Shown here piece by piece: positions 51,468 to 62,075 of a stretch of 64,000 bases of DNA. The DNA comes from Balanoglossus misakiensis. Taxonomy: Eukaryota; Animalia; Hemichordata. The position numbers and the translations under genes are program-made. The notes under the pieces are model-generated. The model saw nothing but the letters and a program-made list of their open reading frames with translations. It searched no databases and was not told the DNA's origin. The DNA is taken from the NCBI GenBank assembly GCA_040954595.2, contig CM082596.2, forward strand, positions 10,436,461-10,500,460. Direction: 5' to 3'. Position 1 is the stretch's first letter, and every line of letters begins with the position of its first letter.

Positions 51468-54035
51468 ACCATTGCGGTGCAGGGAACTCTTATATGCACC
51501 GCTGCGGTGCAAATAAGATCATTGCAGTTATGCTGCAATATAGTGCGGAAAATTTCCGACTTTTTCGAGTACACATCTTGATGGCGAAGGGTTCAGGAAG
51601 GCTAGCATTTTACCTGAAGGTGTCAACTGATGTTGGTTCGATACCAATTTTTGTCAATTTCTTTTTTTTTGTGAGAACTTTTAACGACATTACTGTAATT
51701 TTTATCATTTTCATAAATCCAATTCATTTCAATATTTTCGCTGCGTTTTTTATCTGTCGGGTATAAGAAACATGCGGGGAAACTTGGTCATTTTTTTTGT
51801 CGCGGTTCGCTTTGGCAAGTCTGAATACGGAATGCTCAGCAGAAAGGAAGATAAAGTCGCTAAAACCGTGTCTTTCCGTCCGCATAACCAACCAAGGAGC
51901 GAAAAAGTCGTTATTTAGGCCGTAATAAGACGTTTTTGTCGCCGAGGGGTGAATAAAGAACGTTCAGATAATTGCGGTGCAGGGAACTCTTATTCGCACC
52001 GTTGCGGTGCAGGGAACTCTTATTTGCACCGCCACGGTGCAAATAAGATCATTGGAGTCATGCTGCAATATAGTGCGGAAAATTTCCGATTTTTCGAGTA
52101 CACATATAGATGGCGAAGGGTTCTGGATGGCTAGCCTTTTACCTGAAGGTATCAACTGATGTCGATTCGAGACCATTTTTTTTTCTATTTCTTTTTTGGT
52201 GAGACCTTTAAACGCCATTATCATTGTAATTTTTATCATTTTCATAAATCCAATTCATTGAAATATCTACGCTGCGTTTTTTATCTGTCGTGTATAAGAA
52301 ACATGCAGGGAAACTTGGTCATTTTTTGTCGCAGTTTACTTTGGTAAGTCTGAATACGGAGTGCTCAGCAGAGAGAAAGATAAACTCGCTAAAACCGTGT
52401 CTTTCCGTCCGCATGACCAACCAAGGAGCGAAAAAGTCGTTATTTAGGCCATAATAAGACGGTTTTGTCGCCGAGGAGTGAGTAAAGAATGGTCACATCG
52501 TTGCGGTGCAGGGAACTCTTATTCGCACCGTTGCGGTGCAGGGAACTCTTATTTTCACCCCAAGGTGCAAGTAAGATCATTGTATTTATGCTGCAATATA
52601 GTGCGGAAAATTTCCGATTTTTTCGAGTACACATCGTGATGGCGAAGGGTTCAGGAAGGCTAGCCTTTTATCTGAAGGTGTCAACTGATGTTGGTTCGAG
52701 ACCAATTTTTTTCTATTTCTTTTTTTTTTTGGTGAGACCTTTAAACGACATTATCATTGTAATTTTTATCATTTTCATAAATCCAATTCATTTCAATATC
52801 TATGCTGCGTTTTTTATCTGTCGGTTAAAAGAAACATGCAGGGAAACTTGTTCATTTTTTTGTCGCGGTTAACTTTGATAAGTCTGAATACGGAGTGCTC
52901 AGGAGTAAGAATGATAAAGTCGCTAAAACCGTGTCTTTCCGTCCGCATAACTAACCAAGAAGCGAAAAAGTCATTATTTAGGCCGTAATAAAACGTTTTT
53001 GTCGCCGAGGGGTGAATAAAGAACGGTCAGATCGTTGCGGTGCAGGGAACTCTTATTCGCACCGTTGCGGTGCAGGGAACTCTTATTTTCACCCCAAGGT
53101 GCAAGTAAGATCATTGGATTTATGCTGCAATATAGTGCGGAAAATTTCCGATTTTATCGAGTTCACATCGTGATGGTGAAGGGTTCAGGAAGGCTAGCCC
53201 TTTACCTGAAGGTGTCAACTGATGTTGGTTCGAGACCAATTTTTTTCTATTTCTTTTTTTTGGTGAGACCTTTTAACGACATTATCATTGTAATTTTTAT
53301 CATTTTCATAAATCCAATTCATTTCAATATCTACGCTGCGTTTTTTATCTGTCGGTTAAAAGAAACATGCAGGGAAACTTGGTCATTTTTTGTCGCGGTT
53401 CGCTTTGGTAAGTCTGAATACGGAGTGCTCAGGAGTAAGAATGATAAAGTCGCTAAAACCGTGTCTTTCCGTCCGCATAACTAACGAAGGAGCGAAAAAG
53501 TCATTATTTAGGCCGTAATAAAACGTTTTTATTGCCGAGGAGTGAATAAAGAACGGTCAGATTGTTGCGGTGCAGGGAACTCTTATTCGCACTGTTGCGG
53601 TGCAGGGAACTCTTATTTGCACCGCCACGGTACAAATAAGATCATTGGTGTTATGCTGCAATATAGTGCGGAAAATTTCCGACTTTTTCGAGTACACATC
53701 TTGATGGCGAAGGGTTCTGGATCGCTAGCCTTTTACCTGAAGGTATCAACTGATGTTGGTTCGAGACCAATTTTTTCTATTTTTTTTTATTTGTGAGAAC
53801 ATTTAACGACATCATCATTGTAATTTTATTCATTTTCATAAATCCAATACATTTCAATATCTACGCTGCGTTTTTTATCTGTCGGGTAAAAGAAACATGC
53901 AGGGAAACTTGGTCATTTTTTGTTGCAGTTCGCTTTGGTAAGTCTGAATACGGAGTGCTCAGGAGAAAGAATGATAAAGTCCCTAAAACCGTTTTTTCCG
54001 TCCGCATAACAAACCAAGGAGCGAAAAAGTCATTA
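51468..54035 (+). repeat. Second tandem satellite, ~530-bp monomer, ~5 diverged copies, each with an internal 30-bp subrepeat
   Basis: TTGCGGTGCAGGGAACTCTTA at 51472, 51972/52002, 52501/52531, 53035/53065, 53565/53595; the rest of the unit (TGCTGCAATATAGTGCGGAAAATTTCCGA ... CCGTCCGCATAAC..GCGAAAAAGTC) repeats in register. Confidence 0.95.
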
Positions 54036-54193
54036 ACACCATCAGAACTATTTTTGTAAAATGAGATTTGCTTAGATGGTGATCATGTTATATTTCTAAT
54101 AAAAAGTATAGAAAATGCTGCTGTCTAACAAAATGAAACTATTTGTTATTAATTTTGAAATTTCTCTGTTATAAAATTTAAATGTAATACATA

Positions 54194-54734
54194 TGTGACG
54201 GAACGGTCGGTCACCATGGTGATATAACTTTTGATTGACAGGGCCGTCTACCTCCACGTGGTAGACGTACATCTCTTTGATATACCCAGCATTTGTAGGT
54301 CGAACACATTATATTCGAAATAGGTCTCGACATGCGACATTACGTCATGTTCTAGACGACAAGGACCCACATTTCGTGTCAGCTATTATTATTTTAATTA
54401 CTACCAGAAACGGCGCGAAATATGCAAATCAAAAGTTGGTAGTTAGCCTAGTTTTGAGGGTTTTCAGTCAGAGTGGACCAAGACTTCGTTAGAGACAGAC
54501 CGTGTGGTAAGCAGCCCTTTTGATGTGCGCTTATACGATATCTTTGTAATAAAGTTGAACTGTTTTAGTTCTAAAAGTATTTCGTTGTATCGAGGTTGAT
54601 GTTCTTGTGGACTGTGGGTCGTCAAGCCCACGGATAGTACCACTCTCTCTCATAGTGCGACGCGAACCCAATTATTCGTTAATTTGAGAGAAAAACATAG
54701 CAGTTCTCCGATCCAGTGAGGAGTGACTGTTACA
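54194..54734 (+). repeat. 5' LTR (541 bp)
   Basis: TGTGAC...GTTACA; no difference from 63161-63701 found by eye; octamer ATGCAAAT at 54422, AATAAA at 54548. Confidence 0.96.
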
Positions 54735-54735
54735 T

Positions 54736-54745
54736 TGGTGGCAGC
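54736..54745 (+). promoter_or_regulatory. Primer binding site TGGTGGCAGC, probably tRNA-Leu
   Basis: Starts 1 nt after the 5' LTR; complementary to a tRNA 3' end ...GCUGCCACCA as in eukaryotic tRNA-Leu(AAG/TAG); only 10 nt match the recalled tRNA sequence. Confidence 0.7.
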
Positions 54746-54868
54746 TGAAGACGACTGTCGTGCTGAGAGAAACCTCAACCTCCTTCAGGTAATTATAGAG
54801 ACGCAACTAGTTTTCGTTGTCTGCTAGGACAACGCATCGCACATTGCGGTTTACCACACCGTGATTTA

Positions 54869-57271
54869 TTGGAAATGGCAACGGAGATTGCGACCGGAGA
54901 GACGTTGGCCGACATCGAGCCTGCAACCGACAGTACCGACGATGTCATCTCCTTCCAACCGAGGTTACAATCGTCGCGGGAACAGCCTGCAACCCCGACC
55001 GCCTCAGACCAGAGTCCACACCGAGAAAGCGGGTACGACTCCGGCAATTTCTCCACCCCAGGGCGCCGACCGTTGGGAACCTTGAGGTGGGTTTTCGATG
55101 CGGTCAAGGGCAGCATTCGTAAAGGTCTGGGCCAGCAGAACGACGCAACAGAATTTGACAGAGATATTCAACCTCCTAAAATAGAGACCGACATTGATTG
55201 TCACGTCCCTATTGGAACAGAATCAACGGGCGCTGTTGTCAGCCACGACGCAAGGGCGCCGACGCACGAAGAAACTACGTCTCACACAGACGAAATCGAA
55301 AAAGCTGCACAGCCGACGGGCGACGACGTGCCCGTACATCAAACAAGCAGTCAAACTAGTACTCGACACGCAGTTTCGGAAACAACGTTCAGTGAGCAAC
55401 AACTTTATGAGGACGACGGAACTCATCATCAACAAGTTGCAGCCGCGCAACAAAGGGGAACAGTTCGCGACGCCGTATACATCCCAACGGCGAGTGATAG
55501 ACAAATTCAACAGGGAGCCAGACCAAAGAGAAAAGCCGACAACGCCCACTTTTCTCTTGAAGAAGCAGACCACTATGTAGGTAGGCATGAACAGCTTTGG
55601 ACTCAGAGTACACCATACGAAAACTCTGACCAACAGTTGTTTGGCCCCAATCTAATCTGTCTTCCTTCCGAACAACGATACCCTCTACCAGCCAATGCTG
55701 CACGTACACCTGCATTACCAACAAATGGTCGGACAGCAGATCGTGGTTGGAACAGTCCGGCCGCATCAAGAGATACTATATCTCCCAGAGTGGTGGACGT
55801 CCAACCACAACACCACACAGGGTCGACGGAGCCAATGTATGGTCTTAGCGGGGGGCAACAACGCCGCCTTGAACGGCCAACAACAGGTAGTTGCCGCCTG
55901 CCTGTAAACGAAAGAACGAAAAGAAATATCCCCTCTTTACAACCGGATGAACGACGACCTCATACAATGTTGGCAGGTCATTCATCCAATTTCGCCGAGA
56001 ACTCTTGGGAGGACGATTGCACGGGCTACAGACGTGGACAGCTACAACCTGGTCAGCGACAGGGAGTCACCGCGCCAAACAGAGACTGCAGCCCAACCAA
56101 CACACCTCCAAGGTACCTCCCATCACAGCATATTGGACGTCAACCTCAGAACTGGCAGGAACATCATATGAACGGGGCTATCAACTCCCTTCATCATCCT
56201 CCAGACAACGGTGATGTCCGACCGACTGAAGCAAATAGAAACGGCACATCACAAACGCGACCACGAGAAGAAAGTCAACAATTGGCCGGCGCCTTCTATG
56301 ACGAAAAGGGACCAGGTCAACACACCGAATACTGGCAAGTAGACCGACCTCGTCCGACCTTGAAACGGGAGCCCCGCCTTGTAGGCAGGAGGCAATTTGA
56401 AGAAAGGGGTTTTACCTTTCCTACAAAACCATCGATTACGCCCGATCGATTTGATGGTCGTACGCAATGGAGAGATTACTTGAAGCATTTTGAGTCATGT
56501 GCAACAATCAACAGGTGGGAGGACAACCAAAAGGCACAGTTTCTGGCAGCATCACTACGTGGATCAGCCCAGAAAGTTCTAACACGAGTCCCTAACATCA
56601 CCGCAGTTGAGTATAGCACTTTGGTCAAGTTATTAGACCAGCGATATGGGACGTCAGGTCAAGCTGAAAAGTATCTATGGCAATTACGGTGTCGTAAGAA
56701 ACGAAGAGACGAATCCATACCCGACTTGGGGCAGGCAATACAGGAACTTACTGAGCTAGCGTATCCCGAACTACCGGCCGAAGCTGTAGATCGACTGGCT
56801 CGTCAGTATTTTACTGAAGCCATCCCTGATCCGGATATTCGGATGGATTTGCACCGAGAGCGGCCTCGAAGCATGGATGAAGCTATACGGACGGCAGTCT
56901 CCATCGAAGCCTACATCCAAGCAGAAGCAGAAAAGTCTGGTCAAAAGCGACGATATACACGCCACATCGAGTTTGAAGATAATGAAAACGACGCTGGGTT
57001 GACTGGCATGGAAACACCCCAAGACTTAACTACAATTCCAACCCTCATAGCTGCTATGCAAAAACTACAGCTACAAATGGGTGGAGAACAGAAAAAGCGA
57101 GAAGAAAGGAGTAGACAAGCCAGATGCTTTGGATGCGGCCAACCCGGCCACATCCGCCGACATTGCCCTCATAACCAATCGTCGGGAAACGACAACAGAC
57201 TGGGCATGTGGGCCAATTCCCAGTCTACGAACAACCAAGGGTCCAACAACCCATCCGCCATCACCAACTAG
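54869..57271 (+). CDS. gag: Gag polyprotein, 800 aa
   Basis: Retrotransposon capsid-like region PDRFDGRTQWRDYLKHFE...WEDNQKAQFLAASLRG and CCHC knuckle CFGCGQPGHIRRHC, preceded by a long low-complexity N-terminus. Confidence 0.93.
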   Translation: MEMATEIATGETLADIEPATDSTDDVISFQPRLQSSREQPATPTASDQSPHRESGYDSGNFSTPGRRPLGTLRWVFDAVKGSIRKGLGQQNDATEFDRDIQPPKIETDIDCHVPIGTESTGAVVSHDARAPTHEETTSHTDEIEKAAQPTGDDVPVHQTSSQTSTRHAVSETTFSEQQLYEDDGTHHQQVAAAQQRGTVRDAVYIPTASDRQIQQGARPKRKADNAHFSLEEADHYVGRHEQLWTQSTPYENSDQQLFGPNLICLPSEQRYPLPANAARTPALPTNGRTADRGWNSPAASRDTISPRVVDVQPQHHTGSTEPMYGLSGGQQRRLERPTTGSCRLPVNERTKRNIPSLQPDERRPHTMLAGHSSNFAENSWEDDCTGYRRGQLQPGQRQGVTAPNRDCSPTNTPPRYLPSQHIGRQPQNWQEHHMNGAINSLHHPPDNGDVRPTEANRNGTSQTRPREESQQLAGAFYDEKGPGQHTEYWQVDRPRPTLKREPRLVGRRQFEERGFTFPTKPSITPDRFDGRTQWRDYLKHFESCATINRWEDNQKAQFLAASLRGSAQKVLTRVPNITAVEYSTLVKLLDQRYGTSGQAEKYLWQLRCRKKRRDESIPDLGQAIQELTELAYPELPAEAVDRLARQYFTEAIPDPDIRMDLHRERPRSMDEAIRTAVSIEAYIQAEAEKSGQKRRYTRHIEFEDNENDAGLTGMETPQDLTTIPTLIAAMQKLQLQMGGEQKKREERSRQARCFGCGQPGHIRRHCPHNQSSGNDNRLGMWANSQSTNNQGSNNPSAITN
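57184..57245 (+). promoter_or_regulatory. -1 ribosomal frameshift signal (slippery G GGA AAC plus downstream stem/pseudoknot)
   Basis: GGGAAAC at 57184-90 is correctly phased in gag (TCG GGA AAC); pol is in the -1 frame and open from here; AGACTGGG (57197-204) pairs with CCCAGTCT (57219-226). Confidence 0.8.
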
Positions 57272-60200
57272 CACAACCCACGAGTGACACAACCACCACC
57301 AAGCAATGGTGGCACCAAATACAGCCAGTGAACAGCAAATGTCAGACAGGGGAGACACTTCGTGTTCCTTTCCCACCTAACCAACAGCAAGGGAAACCGG
57401 CCGATTTGGATAAGGTACGGGACAACGCGAACGCCTTCTACCCTGCACGCGTGGTCAACCAAGGGCCATTGCCCGCTGGCAGGACTGTGACGCCGAAGCC
57501 TGATTGTAACATGAAACCAGACTTTGACAAAACCGACCCACCACATCAGGTTAACGCCGATTTACTATCAACACACACTGCAGCTGATGATACAACATTG
57601 CAACCAGCGAAATCAGCCTTCTATGTCTCGGCAGTGATTCATGAGAAACCAGTGGTCTCTTTCATCGACTGTGGTTCGGAAATAACCATAATCTCCGATC
57701 GGGTCTACAAAGCTATGGCTCCACGCAGCCGCCCTCAGCTACTTCCCATCACGCTAGACGCTGTACAGGCGGACGGGGTCACACCACTCACAGCAAGAGG
57801 AGAAGCCGACTTCATCATCAGAGTCGGCCCAAATAGTACTACTATAAGAGCGATTGTTGCCGACATTAAGGAGGATGTATTGCTAGGCAATGATTACATC
57901 CTGACAGCCCCGGCCGAAATCCGTACTCACTCATTGACATTAGGGTTCCACGAGGGAAGCGTTCCACTGCTCGACAGAAGAGGTGGCCACTTGTGCGCTC
58001 TGGTAATTGCAACAAGAGACACCGCAGTGCCGGCTGGCCATGAACTGCTTGTCACTTGCAAATTGTCCAGGCCACTTGGTCCAGCTCGGCTCGGACTGGT
58101 GGAACCAACCACACAAAGTAAACTTTCAACTGTAGGGGTCATGGTTGGCAGAGTACTAATTGATGTCCGCCACAAACATGTGCCAGTCCGCATTATGAAT
58201 GTTGGTCCGAATGCTCAAACCATTCTGAGGGGAACAGCGATTGCTTTAGCCACCACTGTCGACATAAGCGAACCACCACGACATGTCAACAACCTCTGCC
58301 CTTCCGAATATCAAGCAACAGATGAACCCGTCAGTGCGGTGCCTACACATCTGCAACCCTTGCTAGACGAGAGTATTGCTTCTGTTGGCAGAGACCATGT
58401 CAAGAAGTTGTCCGATTTTCTTAACCGATGGCAAGACGTATTTTCCTGCGACAAAAATGATGTTGGTCGCACCAACGTAACCCAGCACAGCATCTACACA
58501 GGGGATCACCCACCGATCCGACAGCAACCTAGACGCCAGTCGACATGGGCCCGTAATGAAACGGCGAAGCTCGTCGACGAGATGTTGGAAAAGGGGGTGA
58601 TCGAACCAACCGACAGTCCTTGGGCTGCACCAGTGGTTCTTGTGAAAAAGAAAGACAACAGTACCAGGTTCTGTGTGGACTACCGCCGGCTGAATGACAT
58701 AACCAGGAAAGATGCCTATGCCATTCCACGGATAGAGGACAGCATCAATGCTCTTTCTGGTGCAAGATGGTTCAGCACGTTAGACTTGACGAGCGGGTAC
58801 TGGCAGGTTGAACTAGATGATCAAGCAAAAGAAAAGTCAGCCTTCACTACCTGGGGTGGGCTCTTCCAATGGAAGGTCATGCCTTTTGGCCTGTGCAATG
58901 CACCAGCGACATTCCAACGACTTATGGAACGTGTGCTGTCCGGACTTCAGTGGGACATCCTGCTTCTCTACTTGGACGACATAATTGTGTATTCCTGTAC
59001 AGTAGACCAGATGCTACAACGATTAGAGACGGTCTTTCATCGCCTACGCAGTGCAGGCCTGAAGCTCAAGCCCAGCAAATGTCACCTCTTTCAGCACCAA
59101 GTTGAATATTTGGGACATACAGTGTCGGAACAAGGCATCGAAACCAGCCCAGACAAGATAAAAGCCGTCAGTGACTGGCCTCCTCCAACCAACGTGCATG
59201 AGGTGCGTGGATTTCTCGGCTTAGCATCCTACTATCGCCGTTTTGTGCCCAACTTCTCCACAGTGTCCAAACCACTGACTCAGTTGACAGAGAAGGGCAG
59301 ACATTTCGAGTGGGACAGCGAGTGTGACTTGGCTTTTGAGACCTTGAAACAGAATTTGACTAACGCTCCTATACTAGCCTACCCTTTACCCGGAGCACCC
59401 ATAATACTTGACACAGACGCCAGTTTTTATGGTATAGGTGCAGTTTTATCACAGATCCAAGATGGTATGGAGCGAGTGATATGCTATGCCAGTAGAAGCC
59501 TCTCAAAGCCAGAACGGAATTATTGTGTAACACGCAAAGAGTTACTGGCTGTTGTCCACTTTGTCAAACACTTTAAGCCGTACCTGTATGGTCAGCACTT
59601 CACCCTCAGGACAGACCACAGTTCTTTGAGGTGGCTTTTAAACTTCAAGGAACCGGAGGGACAGCTCGCTCGGTGGATGGAAGTGCTCGGTGAATACGAC
59701 TTCACAATTGAGCACCGTCCAGGAAAGAAGCACACGAATGCAGACAGCCTATCCAGACGCCCTTGTCAGCAGTGTGGACTGAAGCATGGTTCACAGACTG
59801 GTACAAGTGGCTACTTGAATAGCTGTGCATCTACCGAAACCCCCAACAGTACATCGACAAGTCGTCAGATGGAAACAACCATTGATGCAGGAACCCAGAC
59901 TTATGCAGACGACATGACTTTGCCAAAATCACCCGATGAAACAGCAGATTCCACACAATCGTCGACACGAGGTAATGCGATGGTCACCAGGCAAAGAACA
60001 ACTGAGCATCTGATCAAAACGGTGACTTTCAAACCGAGCTGGGACTCTGCCTTCCTTAGACAAGAACAACTCAACGATCCTAACATCCGCCCCGTCTTGA
60101 CAACACTCGAACAAGACGGTGGTAAACCAGATTGGAAGACAGTGTCATCTTGGTCTCCAGCCACTAAAGCATATTGGAATATGTGGGATCAGCTGCGGCT

Positions 60201-61626
60201 ACGCAATGGTGTTTTGTATCGTAATTGGGAAGGTACAAGCATCAGTGATAGTCATCTACTGCTCATACTTCCCACCTCACTAAAACCGGATGTTTTTGAA
60301 GAACTTCACTCTTCGAAAACTGCAGGCCATTTTGGTGTCTTCAAAACCCGTGAGAAAGTCCGCCAGCGATACTATTGGTATGGACTATCTGCCGACATCA
60401 GATCCATGGTCCGACAGTGCGACACGTGCGCATCCCGGAAAGCCGGTGGTCGCAAAAGGCGTGCGCCGATTCAGCAATATATAGTAGGTGCCCCCATGGA
60501 AAGAGTCGCGTTCGACATCCTGGGACCTCTCCCTGTTACGGAACGAAAAAGTCGTTGGATACTAGTAGTGGGAGACTATTTCACTAAATGGATCGAATGC
60601 TACCCCATTCCAAACCAAGAGGCGACAACAGTAGCAGAAAAACTGGTGGACGAGTTCATCTGCAGGTTCGGTATCCCCCGACAACTTCATTCTGATCAAG
60701 GGCGCAACTTTGAGTCAGCCGTGGTGACCGAGACGTGCAAGCTGCTAGGTATAAACAAGACGAGAACGACCCCATACAACCCAAAGTCCGACGGTTACAT
60801 AGAGCGTTTTAACAAGACACTCGTACAGACAGTATCAGTTTTAGTTGATCCAAGCCAAGAAGACTGGGACCTCGTCATCCCCTACGCTATGATGGCGTAT
60901 AGAAGCTCAACGCAAGAAAGTACAGGTGAGACCCCGAACATGCTCATGTTGGGTCGCGAGTTACAACTGCCACTCGACTTGACACACGAACCGTTGCCGG
61001 AGCAGGCGGATATAAATACAGACTACGCACTCAAACTTCGGGAAAGACTGCAATGTGCCCAAGAGCGCGCACGAGACAAACTTCAGAAAAGTGCCATCTC
61101 CCAGAAACGTCATTATGAAGTCAATGTGCATGGCGGCCAGTTACAACCCGGCCAATTTGTCTGGTTGAAAGTCCAGGCATTCAAGCGAGGAAAGTCGAAA
61201 AAGATCACACTCCGACAATGGGACGGCCCCTACCTCATAATCAACAAATTGGGCGAAGTTACGTTTCGCATACAACGCAGCCAATACTCCAAACCGAAAG
61301 TTGTACACTATGACAGGTTGAAACCCTACGGGGGCACCCAAGCGACTGACTGGCGTGAGACAGTCAAAGACAAAGGTGAAGGTGACCAAGGCCAACTGGA
61401 GGCGGCCACCAGTGATTGCACAAAACAAGGCCCAGCTGATAGTTACTCGACTTACGATGAAGGCGATCCTGAGGTTGGTGACCTCTCGCCTGCTACAAAA
61501 TATGACGATATACATCAAGAAGACGTGCCAAAAACGTCCGTCCCACTGTCATCCCCACAGAGTCAGCGGTATCCAAGACGACAGCGTCAACCGCCAGAAC
61601 GACTTGGTGGATACATATACCTGTGA
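57184..61626 (+). CDS. pol: Pol polyprotein (protease, RT, RNase H, integrase), expressed as a Gag-Pol fusion
   Basis: Protease FIDCGSEITII; RT SPWAAPVVLVKKKD..RFCVDYRRLN, MPFGLCNAPATFQR, LYLDD; RNase H DTDAS, YCVTRKELLAV, TDH, ADSLSR; integrase H..GHFG...CDTC, FDILGP, SDQG, IERFN, WDGPY; no chromodomain seen. The ORF track starts at GTG 57208. Confidence 0.97.
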   Translation, partial: GKRQQTGHVGQFPVYEQPRVQQPIRHHQLAQPTSDTTTTKQWWHQIQPVNSKCQTGETLRVPFPPNQQQGKPADLDKVRDNANAFYPARVVNQGPLPAGRTVTPKPDCNMKPDFDKTDPPHQVNADLLSTHTAADDTTLQPAKSAFYVSAVIHEKPVVSFIDCGSEITIISDRVYKAMAPRSRPQLLPITLDAVQADGVTPLTARGEADFIIRVGPNSTTIRAIVADIKEDVLLGNDYILTAPAEIRTHSLTLGFHEGSVPLLDRRGGHLCALVIATRDTAVPAGHELLVTCKLSRPLGPARLGLVEPTTQSKLSTVGVMVGRVLIDVRHKHVPVRIMNVGPNAQTILRGTAIALATTVDISEPPRHVNNLCPSEYQATDEPVSAVPTHLQPLLDESIASVGRDHVKKLSDFLNRWQDVFSCDKNDVGRTNVTQHSIYTGDHPPIRQQPRRQSTWARNETAKLVDEMLEKGVIEPTDSPWAAPVVLVKKKDNSTRFCVDYRRLNDITRKDAYAIPRIEDSINALSGARWFSTLDLTSGYWQVELDDQAKEKSAFTTWGGLFQWKVMPFGLCNAPATFQRLMERVLSGLQWDILLLYLDDIIVYSCTVDQMLQRLETVFHRLRSAGLKLKPSKCHLFQHQVEYLGHTVSEQGIETSPDKIKAVSDWPPPTNVHEVRGFLGLASYYRRFVPNFSTVSKPLTQLTEKGRHFEWDSECDLAFETLKQNLTNAPILAYPLPGAPIILDTDASFYGIGAVLSQIQDGMERVICYASRSLSKPERNYCVTRKELLAVVHFVKHFKPYLYGQHFTLRTDHSSLRWLLNFKEPEGQLARWMEVLGEYDFTIEHRPGKKHTNADSLSRRPCQQCGLKHGSQTGTSGYLNSCASTETPNSTSTSRQMETTIDAGTQTYADDMTLPKSPDETADSTQSSTRGNAMVTRQRTTEHLIKTVTFKPSWDSAFLRQEQLNDPNIRPVLTTLEQDGGKPDWKTVSSWSPATKAYWNMWDQLRLRNGVLYRNWEGTSISDSHLLLILPTSLKPDVFEELHSSKTAGHFGVFKTREKVRQRYYWYGLSADIRSMVRQCDTCASRKAGGRKRRAPIQQYIVGAPMERVAFDILGPLPVTERKSRWILVVGDYFTKWIECYPIPNQEATTVAEKLVDEFICRFGIPRQLHSDQGRNFESAVVTETCKLLGINKTRTTPYNPKSDGYIERFNKTLVQTVSVLVDPSQEDWDLVIPYAMMAYRSSTQESTGETPNMLMLGRELQLPLDLTHEPLPEQADINTDYALKLRERLQCAQERARDKLQKSAISQKRHYEVNVHGGQLQPGQFVWLKVQAFKRGKSKKITLRQWDGPYLIINKLGEVTFRIQRSQYSKPKVVHYDRLKPYGGTQATDWRETVKDKGEGDQGQLEAATSDCTKQGPADSYSTYDEGDPEVGDLSPATKYDDIHQEDVPKTSVPLSSPQSQRYPRRQRQPPERLGGYIYL

Positions 61627-62075
61627 GACGACAGTGACTGCTACTACTGGTGCTAGTACTGTGTGGGACACACTTGTGCTTGCATATACCAGAATGAATT
61701 TCAATTTGATTAGTTTCCAAAAAGAAAAAAAAAAGAAAGAAAAAGAAAAAGAAATTATATATACATATCACACTCTTTCGGTGTTTCATTTGTCTGTTTG
61801 CTGTTCAAAGTTTTCAAGTACTTTCTCCAGGCCGGCTCCCATCCCGAAACAAGGTCAACTGACGTCAACTTTTCCTGTTGCCACGCGACGAACTTGTGCC
61901 AGGGTAATTAAGCTAGCAGCCACGTGTGTCTAGCTAATTGGCACGAGTCAGAGCCGAATTTTGGTGATCGAAAGGATAAAATGTTGCAGTTTTGGCCGCG
62001 TTTGTCACCCCTGGGTACTCTGTGGTTTTTACCGCAGTGCGTCCACGTCCAGCAGAAGGACAACATCTCTACAGT

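Noticed and set aside
51413-54059. ORFs with hydrophobic stretches in the 530-bp repeat
   Set aside because: Frames differ between copies and derive from T-rich tandem sequence.
54277-54492. 71-aa ORF duplicated at 63244-63459
   Set aside because: Lies inside the LTRs, starts at TTG, and is duplicated only because the LTR is.
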